Position numbers and translations under genes: made by a program. Positions 1-14,100 of a stretch of 64,000 nucleotides of DNA are shown here, one piece after another (the stretch's first letter is position 1; each line of letters opens with the position of its first letter). Below the pieces are notes generated by a model, which worked only from the letters and a program-made list of their open reading frames with translations, had not been told where the DNA came from and did not search any database. Source of the DNA: Macrostomum lignano (taxonomy: Eukaryota); contig NIVC01000548.1 of the NCBI GenBank assembly GCA_002269645.1, positions 1 to 64,000 on the forward strand, given 5' to 3'.

Positions 1-3000
1 CCCTCCGTCCTCTCTCCTGGCTCTCTCTCCTGTCTCTATCTGGTTTCCTCTTCTCTTCCGTCCTGCTCTCCTGTCCTCTCTTTGTCTTTTCCTCTTGTCC
101 TCTTCCCTTCCTGTCCTCCCCCTTCTCCCTGTCCTCTCTCCTGTCTTTTCTCCTCTCCCTCCCGTCCTCTCTCCTGTCCTCTCCCTCCGTCCTCTCTCCT
201 GTCCTCTCTCCCGTCTCTCTCTCTGTCCTCTCCCTCTCCGTCCTCTCCCTGTCCTCTTCTCTCCGTCCTCTCTCCTGTCCTCTCCTCCCGTCCTCTCTCC
301 TGTCCTCCTTTTCCCGTCTCTCTCCTGTCCTCTCCTCCCGTCCTCTCTCCTGTCTCTCCTCCCGTCCTCTCTCCTGTCCTCTCCCTCCCTCCTCTCTCCT
401 GTCCTCTCCCTCCCGTCCTTCTCCTGCCTCTCCTCCCGTCCTCTCTCCTGTCCTCTCCCTCCCGTCCTTCTCCCTGTCCTCTCCCTCCCGTCCTCTCTCC
501 TGGCCTTCCCTCCCGTCTCTCTTCCTGGCCTCTCCCTCCCGTCCTCTTCCTGGCCTCTCCCTTCCCGTCCTCTCTCCTGGCCTCTCCCTCCTGTCCTCTC
601 CTCTGGCCTCTCCCTCCTGTCCTCTCCCTCCCGTCTTCTCCTATCCTCTCCCTCCCGTCCTCTCTCCTGTCCTCTCCCTCCTGTCCTCTCTCCTCCTTGG
701 CCTCTCCCTCCCGTCCTCTCTCTGTCCTCTCTCTTGTCCTTTCTCCTGTCCTCTCCCTCCTGTCCTCCCCCTCCCGTCCTCTCTCCTGTCCTCTCCCTCC
801 CGTCCTCTCTCCTGTCCTCTCCCTCCCGTCCTCTCTCCTGTCCTCTCCCTCCCGTCCTCTCTCCTGTCCTTCTCCCTCCGTTCCTCTCTCCTGTCCTCTC
901 CTCCCGTCCTCTCTCCTGTCCTCTCCCTCCCGTCCTCTCTCCTGTCCTCTCCCTCCCGTCCTCTCTCCTGTCCTCTCCCTCCGTCCTCTCTCCTGTCCTC
1001 TCCCTCCCGTCCTCTCTCCTGTCCTCTCCCTCCCGTCCTCTCTCCTGTCTCTCCTCCCGTCCTCTCTCCTGTCCTCTCCCTCCCGTCCTCTCTCTCCTGT
1101 CCTCTCCTCCCGTCCTCTCTCCTGGCCTCTCCCTCCCGTCCTCTCTCCTGGCCTCTCCCTCCGTCCTCTCTCCTGGCCTCTCCCTCCCGTCCTCTCTCCT
1201 GGCCTCTCCCTCCTGTCCTCTCCCTCCTGGCTCTCCCTCCTGTCCTCTCCCTCCCGTCCTTTCTCCTATCCTCTCCTTCCCGTCCTCTCTCCTGTCCTCT
1301 CCCTCCTGTCCTCTCCCTCCTGGCCTCTCCCCCTGTCCTCTCCCTCCTGTCTCTCCTCCTGGCCTCTCTCCTGTCCTCTCTCTCCCGTCCTCTCTCCTGT
1401 CCTCTCCCTCCGTCCTCTCTCCTGTCCTCTCTTCCGTCTCTCTCCTGTCATCTCCCTCCCGTCCTCTCTCCTGTCCTCTCCTCCCGTCCTCTCTCCTATC
1501 CTCTCCCTCCCGTTCTCTCTCTTGTCCTCTCTCTTGTCCTTTTCCTCCTGTCCTCTCTCCTGTCCTCTCCCTCCGTCCTCTCTCCTGTCCTCTCCCTCCC
1601 GTCCTCTCTCTTGTCCTTTTCTCCTGTCCTCTCTCCTGGCCTCTCCCTCCGTCCTCTCTCTGTCCTCTCCCTCCCGTCCTCTCTCCTGTCCTCTCCCTCC
1701 CGTTCTCTCTCTTGTCCTTTTCCTCCTGTCCTCTCTCCTGTTCTCTCCCTCCGTCCTCTCTCCTATCCTCTCCCTCTTGTTCTCTCTCTTGTCCTTTTCC
1801 TCCTGTCCTCTCTCCTGGCTCTCTCCTCCCGTCTCTCTCCTGTCCTCTCTCCTCCGTCCTCTCTCCTGGCCTCTCCTCCCGTCCTCTCTCCTGGCCTCTC
1901 CCTCCCGTCCTCTCTCCTGGCCTCTCCCTCCCGTCCTCTCTCCTGGCCTCTCCCTCCCGTCCTCTCTCCTGGCCTCTCCCTCCCGTCTCTCTCCTGTCCT
2001 CTCCCTCTCGTCCTCTTCCTGTCCTCCTCCCTCCCGTCTCTCTCTCCTGTCCTCTCTTGTCCTTTTCCTCCTGTCCTCTCCCTCCTGTCTCTCCCCTCCC
2101 GTCCTCTCTCCTGTCCTCTCCCTCCCGTCCTCTCTCCTGTCCTCTCTCTCCTCCCGTCCTCTCTCCTGTCCTCTCCCTCCCGTCCTCTCTCCTGTCCTCT
2201 CCCTCCCGTCCTCTCTCATGGCCTCTCCCTCCCCTCCTCCTCTCGTCCTCTCTCCTGTCTCTCCCTCTCGTCCTCTCTCCTGTCCTCCTCCCTCCCGTCC
2301 TCTCTCTCTGTCCTCTCTCTTGTCCTTTTCCTCCTGTCCTCTCCCTCCTGTCCTCCCCCTCCGTCCTCTCTCCTGTCCTCTCCCTCCCGTCCTCTCTCCT
2401 GTCCTCTCTCCTCCGTCCTCTCTCCTGTCCTCTCCCTCCCGTCCTCTCTCCTGTCCTCTCTCCTCCGTCCTCTCTCTGTCCTCTCCCTCCTGGCCTCTCT
2501 CCTCCTGTCCTCTCCCTCCCGTCTCTCTCCTGTCCTCTCCTCCCGTCCTTTCTCCTATCCTCTCCCTCCCGTCCTCCTCCTGTCCTCTCCCTCCTGGCTC
2601 TCCCTCCTGTCCTCTCCCTCCCGTCCTTTCTCCTATCCTCTCCCTCCCGTCCTCTCTCCTGTCCTCTCCCTCCTGTCCTCTCCCTCCTGGCCTCTCCCCC
2701 CTGTCCTCTCCCTCCTGTCCTCTCCCTCCTGGCCTCTCTCCTGTCCTCTCTCTCCCGTCCTCTCTCCTGTCTCTCCCTCCGTCCTCTCTCCTGTCCTCTC
2801 TCTCCCGTCCTCTCTCCTGTCCTCTCCCTCCCGTCCTCTCTCCTGTCCTCTCCCTCCCGTCCTCTCTCCTGTCCTCTCCCTCCCGTCCTCTCTCCTGTCC
2901 TCTCCCTCCTGGCCTCTCCCTCCTGTCCTCTCCCTCCCGTCCTCTCTCCTGTCCTCTCCCTCCCGTCCTCTCTCCTGTCCTCTCTCTTGTCCTTTTCCTC

Positions 3001-6000
3001 CTGTCCTCTCCCTCCTGTCCTCCCCCTCCCGTCCTCTCTCCTGTCCTCTCCCTCCCGTCCTCTCTCCTGTCCTCTCCCTCCTGTCCTCTCTCCTGTCCTC
3101 TCCCTCCCGTCCTCTCTCCTGTCCTCTCCCTCCCGTCCTCTCTCCTGTCCTCTCCCTCCCGTCCTCTCTCCTGTCCTCTCCCTCCCGTCCTCTCTCCTGT
3201 CTCTCTCCTCCCGTCCTCTCTCCTGTCCTCTCCCTCCCGTCCTCTCTCCTGTCCTCTCCCTCCCGTCCTCTCTCCTGTCCTCTCCCTCCCGTCCTCTCTC
3301 CTGTCCTCGCCTCCGTCCTCTCTCCTGTCCTCTCCCTCCTGTCCTCTCTCCTGTCCTCTCCCTCCCGTCCTCTCTCCTGTCCTCTCCCTCCTGTCCTCTC
3401 TCCTGTCCTCTCCCTCCTGTCCTCTCTCCTGTCCTCTCCCTCCCGTCCTCTCTCTTGTCCTTTTCCTCCTGTCCTCTCCCTCCTGTCCTCCCCCTCCCGT
3501 CCTCTCTCCTGTCCTCTCCCTCCCGTCCTCTCTCCTGTCCTCTCCCTCCCGTCCTCTCTCCTGTCCTCTCCCTCCCGTCCTCTCTCCTGTCCTCTCCCTC
3601 CCGTCCTCTCTCCTGTCCTCTCCCTCCCGTCCTCTCTCCTGTCCTCTCCCTCCCGTCCTCTCTCCTGTCCTCTCCCTCCCGTCCTCTCTCCTGTCCTCTC
3701 CCTCCCGTCCTCTCTCCTGTCCTCTCCCTCCCGTCCTCTCTCCTGGCCTCTCCCTCCCGTCCTCTCTCCTGGCCTCTCCCTCCCGTCCTCTCTCCTGTCC
3801 TCTCTCTTGTCCTTTTCCTCCTGTCCTCTCCCTCCTGTCCTCCCCCTCCCGTCCTCTCTCCTGTCCTCTCCCTCCCGTCCTCTCTCCTGTCCTCTCCCTC
3901 CCGTCCTCTCTCCTGTCCTCTCCCTCCCGTCCTCTCTCCTGTCCTCTCCCTCCCGTCCTCTCTCCTGTCCTCTCCCTCCCGTCCTCTCTCCTGTCCTCTC
4001 CCTCCCGTCCTCTCTCCTGTCCTCCTTTTCCCGTCCTCTCTCCTGTCCTCTCCCTCCCGTCCTCTCTCCTGTCCTCTCCCTCCCGTCCTCTCTCCTGTCC
4101 TCTCCCTCCCGTCCTCTCTCCTGTCCTCTCCTCCGTCCTCTCTCCTGTCCTCTCCCTCCCGTCCTCTCTCCTGTCCTCTCCCTCCCGTCCTCTCTCCTGG
4201 CCTCTCCCTCCCGTCCTCTCTCCTGGCCTCTCCCTCCCGTCCTCTCTCCTGGCCTCTCCCTCCCGTCCTCTCTCCTGGCCTCTCCCTCCTGTCCTCTCCC
4301 TCCTGGCCTCTCCCTCCTGTCCTCTCCCTCCCGTCCTTTCTCCTATCCTCTCCCTCCCGTCCTCTCTCCTGTCCTCTCCCTCCTGTCCTCTCCCTCCTGG
4401 CCTCTCCCTCCCGTCCTCTCTCCTGTCCTCTCTCTTGTCCTTTTCCTCCTGTCCTCTCCCTCCTGTCCTCCCCCTCCCGTCCTCTCTCCTGTCCTCTCCC
4501 TCCCGTCCTCTCTCCTGTCCTCTCCCTCCCGTCCTCTCTCCTGTCCTCTCCCTCCCGTCCTCTCTCCTGTCCTCTCCCTCCCGTCCTCTCTCCTGTCCTC
4601 TCCCTCCCGTCCTCTCTCCTGTCCTCTCCCTCCCGTCCTCTCTCCTGTCCTCTCCCTCCCGTCCTCTCTCCTGTCCTCTCCCTCCCGTCCTCTCTCCTGT
4701 CCTCTCCCTCCCGTCCTCTCTCCTGTCCTCTCCCTCCCGTCCTCTCTCCTGTCCTCTCCCTCCCGTCCTCTCTCCTGTCCTCTCCCTCCCGTCCTCTCTC
4801 CTGTCCTCTCCCTCCCGTCCTCTCTCCTGGCCTCTCCCTCCCGTCCTCTCTCCTGGCCTCTCCCTCCCGTCCTCTCTCCTGGCCTCTCCCTCCCGTCCTC
4901 TCTCCTGGCCTCTCCCTCCTGTCCTCTCCCTCCTGGCCTCTCCCTCCTGTCCTCTCCCTCCCGTCCTTTCTCCTATCCTCTCCTTCCCGTCCTCTCTCCT
5001 GTCCTCTCCCTCCTGTCCTCTCCCTCCTGGCCTCTCCCCCCTGTCCTCTCCCTCCTGTCCTCTCCCTCCTGGCCTCTCTCCTGTCCTCTCTCTCCCGTCC
5101 TCTCTCCTGTCCTCTCCCTCCCGTCCTCTCTCCTGTCCTCTCTCTCCCGTCCTCTCTCCTGTCATCTCCCTCCCGTCCTCTCTCCTGTCCTCTCCCTCCC
5201 GTCCTCTCTCCTATCCTCTCCCTCCCGTTCTCTCTCTTGTCCTCTCTCTTGTCCTTTTCCTCCTGTCCTCTCTCCTGTCCTCTCCCTCCCGTCCTCTCTC
5301 CTGTCCTCTCCCTCCCGTCCTCTCTCTTGTCCTTTTCCTCCTGTCCTCTCTCCTGGCCTCTCCCTCCCGTCCTCTCTCCTGTCCTCTCCCTCCCGTCCTC
5401 TCTCCTGTCCTCTCCCTCCCGTTCTCTCTCTTGTCCTTTTCCTCCTGTCCTCTCTCCTGTTCTCTCCCTCCCGTCCTCTCTCCTATCCTCTCCCTCTTGT
5501 TCTCTCTCTTGTCCTTTCCTCCTGTCCTCTCTCCTGGCCTCTCCCTCCCGTCCTCTCTCCTGTCCTCTCCCTCCCGTCCTCTCTCCTGGCCTCTCCCTCC
5601 CGTCCTCTCTCCTGGCCTCTCCCTCCCGTCCTCTCTCCTGGCCTCTCCCTCCCGTCCTCTCTCCTGGCCTCTCCTCCCGTCCTCTCTCCTGGCCTCTCCC
5701 TCCCGTCCTCTCTCCTGTCCTCTCCCTCTCGTCCTCTCTCCTGTCCTCTCCCTCCCGTCCTCTCTCCTGTCCTCTCTCTTGTCCTTTTCCTCCTGTCCTC
5801 TCCCTCCTGTCCTCCCCCTCCCGTCCTCTCTCCTGTCCTCTCCCTCCCGTCCTCTCTCCTGTCCTCTCCCTCCCGTCCTCTCTCCTGTCCTCTCCCTCCC
5901 GTCCTCTCTCCTGTCCTCTCCCTCCCGTCCTCTCTCATGGCCTCTCCCTCCCGTCCTCTCTCCTGTCCTCTCCCTCTCGTCCTCTCTCCTGTCCTCTCCC

Positions 6001-8335
6001 TCCCGTCCTCTCTCCTGTCCTCTCTCTTGTCCTTTTCCTCCTGTCCTCTCCCTCCTGTCCTCCCCCTCCCGTCCTCTCTCCTGTCCTCTCCCTCCCGTCC
6101 TCTCTCCTGTCCTCTCCCTCCCGTCCTCTCTCCTGTCCTCTCCCTCCCGTCCTCTCTCCTGTCCTCTCCCTCCCGTCCTCTCTCCTGTCCTCTCCCTCCT
6201 GGCCTCTCCCTCCTGTCCTCTCCCTCCCGTCCTCTCTCCTGTCCTCTTCCTCCCGTCCTTTCTCCTATCCTCTCCCTCCCGTCCTCCCTCCTGTCCTCTC
6301 CCTCCTGGCCTCTCCCTCCTGTCCTCTCCCTCCCGTCCTTTCTCCTATCCTCTCCCTCCCGTCCTCTCTCCTGTCCTCTCCCTCCTGTCCTCTCCCTCCT
6401 GGCCTCTCCCCCCTGTCCTCTCCCTCCTGTCCTCTCCCTCCTGGCCTCTCTCCTGTCCTCTCTCTCCCGTCCTCTCTCCTGTCCTCTCCCTCCCGTCCTC
6501 TCTCCTGTCCTCTCTCTCCCGTCCTCTCTCCTGTCCTCTCCCTCCCGTCCTCTCTCCTGTCCTCTTCCTCCCGTCCTTTCTCCTATCCTCTCCCTCCCGT
6601 CCTCCCTCCTGTCCTCTCCCTCCTGGCCTCTCCCTCCTGTCCTTTCCCTCCCGTCCTTTCTCCTTTCCTCTCCCTCCCGTCCTCCCTCCTGTCCTCTCCC
6701 TCCTGGCCTCTCCCTCCTGTCCTCTCCCTCCCGTCCTCTCTCCTGGCCTCTCCCTCCCGTCCTCTCTCCTGTCCTCTCCCTCCCGTCCTCTCTCCTGTCC
6801 TCTCCCTCCCGTCCTCTCTCCTGTCCTCTCCCTCCCGTCCTCTCTCCTGTCCTCTCCCTCCCGTCCTCTCTCCTGGCCTCTCCCTCCCGTCCTCTCTCCT
6901 ATCCTCTCCCTCCCGTTCTCTCTCTTGTCCTCTCTCTTGTCCTTTTCCTCCTGTCCTCTCTCCTGTCCTCTCCCTCCCGTCCTCTCTCCTATCCTCTCCC
7001 TCCCGTTCTCTCTCTTGTCCTCTCTCTTGTCCTTTTCCTCCTGTCCTCTCTCCTGTCCTCTCCCTCCCGTCCTCTCTCCTGTCCTCTCCCTCCCGTCCTC
7101 TCTCTTGTCCTTTTCCTCCTGTCCTCTCTCCTGGCCTCTCCCTCCCGTCCTCTCTCCTGTCCTCTCCCTCCCGTCCTCTCTCCTGTCCTCTCCCTCCCGT
7201 TCTCTCTCTTGTCCTTTTCCTCCTGTCCTCTCTCCTGTTCTCTCCCTCCCGTCCTCTCTCCTATCCTCTCCCTCTTGTTCTCTCTCTTGTCCTTTTCCTC
7301 CTGTCCTCTCTCCTGGCCTCTCCCTCCCGTCCTCTCTCCTGTCCTCTCCCTCCCGTCCTCTCTCCTGGCCTCTCCCTCCCGTCCTCTCTCCTGGCCTCTC
7401 CCTCCCGTCCTCTCTCCTGGCCTCTCCCTCCCGTCCTCTCTCCTGGCCTCTCCCTCCCGTCCTCTCTCCTGGCCTCTCCCTCCCGTCCTCTCTCCTGTCC
7501 TCTCCCTCTCGTCCTCTCTCCTGTCCTCTCCCTCCCGTCCTCTCTCCTGTCCTCTCTCTTGTCATTTTCCTCCTGTCCTCTCCCTCCTGTCCTCCCCCTC
7601 CCGTCCTCTCTCCTGTCCTCTCCCTCCCGTCCTCTCTCCTGTCCTCTCCCTCCCGTCCTCTCTCCTGGCCTCTCCCTCCCGTCCTCTCTCCTGTCCTCTC
7701 CCTCTCGTCCTCTCTCCTGTCCTCTCCCTCCCGTCCTCTCTCCTATCCTCTCCCTCCCGTTCTCTCTCTTGTCCTTTTCCTCCTGTCCTCTCTCCTGGCC
7801 TCTCCCTCCCGTCCTCTCTCCTGTCCTCTCCCTCCCGTCCTCTCTCCTGGCCTCTCCCTCCCGTCCTCTCTCCTGTCCTCTCCCTCCCGTCCTCTCTCCT
7901 GGCCTCTCCCTCCCGTCCTCTCTCCTATCCTCTCCCTCCCGTTCTCTCTCTTGTCCTTTTCCTCCTGTCCTCTCTCCTGTCCTCTCCCTCCCGTCCTCTC
8001 TCCTGTCCTCTCCCTCCCGTCCTCTCTCCTGGCCTCTCCCTCCCGTCCTCTCTCCTGTCCTCTCCCTCCCGTCCTCTCTCCTATCCTCTCCCTCCCGTCC
8101 TCTCTCCTGGCCTCTCCCTCCCGTCCTCTCTCCTATCCTCTCCCTCCCGTTCTCTCTCTTGTCCTTTTCTCCTGTCCTCTCCCTCCTGTCCTCCCCCTCC
8201 TGTCCTCTCTCCTGTCCTCTCCCTCCTGTCCTCCCCCTCCTGTCCTCTCTCCTGTCCTCTCCCTCCTGTTCTCTCTCCTGTCCTCTCCCTCCTGTTCTCT
8301 CCCTCCCATTCTCTCTCTCTCTCCTGTCCTCTCCC
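1..8335. repeat. Pyrimidine-rich tandem array with ~26-bp unit (cctctctcctgt cctctccctcccgt) and variants; runs off the window start
   Basis: Unit visible throughout. The + strand has almost no A, so stop codons are essentially absent. Confidence 0.97.
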
Positions 8336-8929
8336 GCGCCCCGACTTAAAACAATACGAAGACAACAGGAATATTATTATCATGATTGATATCTTTGCTA
8401 TTTTTTATAAATTACAAAATTATAGTAACAATAGCTCGTAATTATAGTTATTTATAGTAATAACATTAAAAAAATCGGCCTGTTGAATACAAAGCATCCA
8501 CAGTGCAATTGTGCAACCGCGATCGGGATGGCTGAATATAGATAATAAAAATAGCGAACACTGTTTAATCGATTTTAGCATATACGGGGTTTAAACGGAG
8601 AATTCAATTTTAAATGAGAGAATTTAAAAGCAAAAAAGGATGTGCAAATGATCGTAACAATAATAATGTACACTGCAGGCACTCTGATGAAAATGAAAGT
8701 CTACTGATTAATTTGGAAATTAAAAACGATACGGTTTTTTTAAAGAAATTTTAAAAGCCGCGCACGAAGAGCTGAACACTGATCGGTTCAAAAAATAAAA
8801 ATTACAAGCTAAGAATCTTAAAGTTACAGAAGGTAAATAAATAAAATTCACGAACGGTACTGGCCAACTGCCTGCAAATTACACGCAAATCCACAACATT
8901 CACACAATAGAGTTGGCGCCATTCACACA

Positions 8930-11090
8930 CTCGAATTAGGGACATTCACACACCCGGTTGAGGGACATTCAAGCACACGAATTAGAGGCATTCACACACC
9001 CGAATTAGAGGCATTCACACACCCGAATTAGAGGCATTCAAGCACCCGAATTAGAGGCATTCACACACCCGAATTAGAGGCATTCAAGCACCCGAATTAG
9101 AGGCATTCACACACCCGAATTAGAGGCATTCATACACCCGAATTAGAGGCATTCACACACCCGAATTAGAGGCATTCAAGCACCCGAATTAGAGGCATTC
9201 AAGCACCCGAATTAGAGGCATTCACACACCCGAATTAGAGGCATTCACACACCCGAATTAGAGGCATTCAAGCACCCGAATTAGAGGCATTCAAGCACCC
9301 GAATTAGAGGCATTCAAGCACCCGAATTAGAGGCATTCATACACACGAATTAGAGGCATTCATACACACGAATTAGAGGCATTCACACACCCGAATTAGA
9401 GGCATTCATACACCCGAATTAGAGGCATTCACACACCCGAATTAGAGGCATTCACACACCCGAATTAGAGGCATTCATACACCCGAATTAGAGGCATTCA
9501 CACACCCGAATTAGAGGCATTCAAGCACCCGAATTAGAGGCATTCAAGCACCCGAATTAGAGGCATTCACACACCCGAATTAGAGGCATTCAAGCACCCG
9601 AATTAGAGGCATTCACACACCCGAATTAGAGGCATTCATACACCCGAATTAGAGGCATTCACACACCCGAATTAGAGGCATTCAAGCACCCGAATTAGAG
9701 GCATTCAAGCACCCGAATTAGAGGCATTCAAGCACCCGAATTAGAGGCATTCACACACCCGAATTAGAGGCATTCAAGCACCCGAATTAGAGGCATTCAA
9801 GCACCCGAATTAGAGGCATTCAAGCACCCGAATTAGAGGCATTCATACACACGAATTAGAGGCATTCATACACACGAATTAGAGGCATTCACACACCCGA
9901 ATTAGAGGCATTCATACACCCGAATTAGAGGCATTCACACACCCGAATTAGAGGCATTCACACACCCGAATTAGAGGCATTCATACACCCGAATTAGAGG
10001 CATTCACACACCCGAATTAGAGGCATTCACACACCCGAATTAGAGGCATTCAAGCACCCGAATTAGAGGCATTCACACACCCGAATTAGAGGCATTCAAG
10101 CACCCGAATTAGAGGCATTCACACACCCGAATTAGAGGCATTCATACACCCGAATTAGAGGCATTCACACACCCGAATTAGAGGCATTCAAGCACCCGAA
10201 TTAGAGGCATTCAAGCACCCGAATTAGAGGCATTCACACACCCGAATTAGAGGCATTCACACACCCGAATTAGAGGCATTCAAGCACCCGAATTAGAGGC
10301 ATTCAAGCACCCGAATTAGAGGCATTCAAGCACCCGAATTAGAGGCATTCATACACACGAATTAGAGGCATTCACACACCCGAATTAGAGGCATTCAAGC
10401 ACCCGAATTAGAGGCATTCAAGCACCCGAATTAGAGGCATTCACACACCCGAATTAGAGGCATTCACACACCCGAATTAGAGGCATTCACACACCCGAAT
10501 TAGAGATGGTCACACACCCGAATTAGAGGCATTCACACACCCGAATTAGAGGCATTCACACACCCGAATTAGAGGCATTCACACACCCGAATTAGAGGCA
10601 TTCACACACCCGAATTAGAGATGGTCACACACCCGAATTAGAGGCATTCACACACCCGAATTAGAGGCATTCACACACCCGAATTAGAGGCATTCACACA
10701 CCCGAATTAGAAAATTTCACGCACCTGATTTAGGGACATTCACACACCCGAATTAGAGGCATTCACACATCCGAATTAGAGGCATTCACATATCTGAATG
10801 AGAGGCATTCACAGATCTCAAGTAGGGACATTCACACACCCGATTGAGGAACATTCGCACCTAAATTAAATATATTCACACACTCGAGTTAGGGACATTC
10901 ACACACTCGAATTAGGGATATTCACACACTCGAATTAGGGGCATTCACTTACTCGAATTAGGGACATTCACATACCCGATTGAGGGACATTCACAGACCT
11001 AAGTTAAAGATATTCTTACACTCGAGTTAGCGAAATTCACACACTCAAATTAAAGACATTCACACACCAAAATTGGAGAAATTCACACAT
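8930..11090. repeat. 23-bp minisatellite (cacacacccgaattagaggcatt; caag/cata variants) with degenerate edges
   Basis: Homogeneous core about 8990-10700; diverged units on both flanks. Confidence 0.97.
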
Positions 11091-11185
11091 TGAAAATGGC
11101 ACCCCTTGTTCATAAGTACCGAAGAAAGCCGAAGAAAGTCACGGCTTTGGGCAACAATTTCCGAGTCCCTATTTCGCAGGTGTCT

Positions 11186-14100
11186 TTAGAACTTTGTCTC
11201 GGATTCGAAGCCGGCATTGTCCAGTCCTGGTTGGCTGTCAATGCCGTCCAGGTTGCCAGAGTCTTCGGGCAGCCCGAATTTCGGAGCCGGCTTTCCAGAT
11301 TTCCCCATTATTGGCTGGTGAGCTCCCATTGGAGTGGTGACACCGGACTCGGCCAGGGTGGGCAAGCTCATCACCTTGGGTAGTGGCAGAGTAGGTTGAG
11401 ATTGCCTATTGTTAATCGCTAACTGGATTAAGGCTACCTGATCTCTCCGGCTTTACCTGATCTCTCCGGTTCTACTTGATCTCTCAGGTTCTACCTGATA
11501 TCTCTCTTTCCAAATATCCGATTCTGTGCTTAGCAAACTCCTCATCTACAGTTCTTCCCTTCGCAATCAATTTCTCACCTGCTGCAAAGACCGCATAGAA
11601 GTCGGGCCCGACTGCATGTCGGCGTTTGAATTCCGTCGCCAGCTCTCGTTGCGAATTCGGCGACGCCTGTCGCGAGCCAATTCCGCCGCAGACTGCTTCG
11701 TCTTGCTGCCGTGCAGGTGGCCGCTGCTAGGGGCGCTGGGAACGACGAGGTCAAAAGAATTGGGGTTTCAGAAAGAGGAGTTTGAGGCGCCTTATGTAGT
11801 TTCTGAGATGGCGGATCGATGAGGTGGCGAGTTGATGGGGTGGCGGGTCGATGAGGTGGCGGGTCGATGTTGTAGTGTGTTGATGGAGTGGCGGGTCGAT
11901 GGAGTGACGGGTTGAAATTTTGGTGGGCTTTGCTCACCAATACGCATGTAATCAATAAGCAATAGCACTTACGCTTCAGCAGAAGCGCCTTCTCCTGTAG
12001 AAGCAGCCGCACTGCCATCCTCAGGATGCAGCTCATGATGGTGTTCATCTTCCTCTTCGTGCAGCTTGGCCTCATCCTGAGAGCAAAGAAGCAGTCAATT
12101 TTTAACTCGTACGTATCTCTTAACTCTAGTCAGTTTATCTTACTTACCTGCAAGAGCTCGTTGTAGAATGAGGACAGGGCGTGAATGACGGCGTCGTGAA
12201 CGGTCACAAAGAAGCCCTCCTCACTTCGCTTGTCGTAGAAGCTCGCTTTCCTGAGCTGAGACCTCACCAACCAAGTGCAGCCGCTCAGGTAAATTTCAAC
12301 TCCGATTTTGCTGAAATCGTCGACAATTTGAGACAGCAGGCGGATGCCCACAGCGTCAGTGAACGCGCAGGCGGACATGTCCAGAATGATGCAGAAGACG
12401 TTCACTGTGGATGCCGTCTCCTCATTCTCGGAGTGATAGGCCACCGATTCGAAGTGAGCATGCTTCTCGTGCACTGGCAACGCTAATTGGGCTCCGAGGC
12501 GGGCTTCAGCCACCTGAATACGAAGATTTGCGTTGTTCATTAGAGAGCTGGCTTGCCGCTGCATCCTCCTGAGACTGCTTTGACACTCCATTTCACTTTG
12601 GCACTCACCGAATGGCTGCCCTCCTCGGCCACGACTTCGAGTATCCGCCGAACTCCCTCGGCCTGCAGCATGTCAGTCCTCAGGTCGACCTCTCCGTGAC
12701 CCCGACCTTCCCGTTTGGCTCTGGTCTTCGCCTTGGCTAAAACCCGTTTCGGGTTCATAGCCACCTGGCGGTAGAGTCTGTTGCGGTAGTTTTCTGCGCT
12801 GGCAAAGTACAGGGAGCCGTCGAATTTGAAGATCTTCAGGCCGGGTATTTGCTCGGCCTGGAGTTGAAAAGAGGAGAATCGAGTGGGACTTGTCACTAAT
12901 TGATGCTTTGAATTCGGCAGTCTCTGACGTCAATAACGGAGATCTCGGTCAATTACAACCTGCGATCTTGATTAAAGACTTACCTTCTTATGCTTCTTAA
13001 TATTTCTGTAGATATCCGTGTTAGGCAATCGGCCAAGCAGATAAGCCTTGGGCGCCTGAGTCCTGAAGATGACGGTGGCCAGCGAGAAGACGACTCCGAT
13101 GAGCAGGCCGATGGGCAGGTCGAGGCCGAGAATGCCAGCCAGCGTCACCAGAAATATCGTCTGAAAAACCCATTTACTTCTGAGTTACCATGCAACGTGT
13201 ACATAGTGAGCATTTATTCAGGCGATAAGGGTCAAGCGTGAACTAACAAAGTCGTATCGGTTAGTTCGCCACAGTCTGGGCAGCTGCTCCACCTGTAGGA
13301 TCATGTTCTTCAAATTCACAATAATGATGGCGGATAGAACGCACTGAAATGAAGGTTTAAATTAAAAATTTGTCATAGATTTCGGAATTCAGTGCACCCT
13401 ATGAACGTAGGGATAGCTGGCTACTTCAGTTATTTCACCTTGGGCACGGGCGAGAACTCCGGAGCGAACACCAGAATGCCAATCAAGGTGATGCTAATCG
13501 CGTACAAAGAGTAGACCTGAGTTTTGCCTTTCAGCGACTCGTGCAGGGAGGTGCAGGCAATTGAGGAGGCGGATACGAAGGTGCCAAACCAGCACATTCC
13601 GAAGTTTACAGCGCCGTAAGCGATCATCTCCTGGTTGGGATCGATTTCGTAGCCGTTGCGAAGGGCGAATGTCTTGGCGACGGAAACGGACATTGAGTAG
13701 GAGATTATGCCCAATACAATGCCGTTGAGTATGATGCCTGAACCCGTTGTAAAGTGCTCCTGCAGCGGCGCTTTTGGGGGCTCGAATCTGCGGTTGGAAA
13801 GTAGCAAAGTGCGACGGGATAAAGAAGGAAAAAGTGGTAAGCTTATGGAGTGGTAAGTAGTTAAGCCTGACACCTGAGCACACACAAGATACGCTGGAAT
13901 GGGCAGGTTAACGCACACACAGGTTGTGTACATTTGCCTGACATTTCTTACAAGACACAGGCCCTTATTCCATGAGTGAACCCCAAATTAAAATGGGGCC
14001 AAGTAGTCAAATTAAAATATGTAGTCTAGGGAAGTTTGACTTTATACCAGTGTGCTACTCCTTTCTTTGAAAACCAGAAGTTAGAGGGGTTTAATTATAT

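Noticed and set aside
82-8441. Giant Pro/Ser/Leu and Arg/Glu/Gly ORFs (up to 2764 aa)
   Set aside because: All frames are open because the repeat lacks A on one strand; no protein signal.
8930-11000. TTAGGG hexamers in the edge units of the 23-bp array
   Set aside because: Single isolated hexamers, not tandem telomeric repeat; core units read TTAGAGG.
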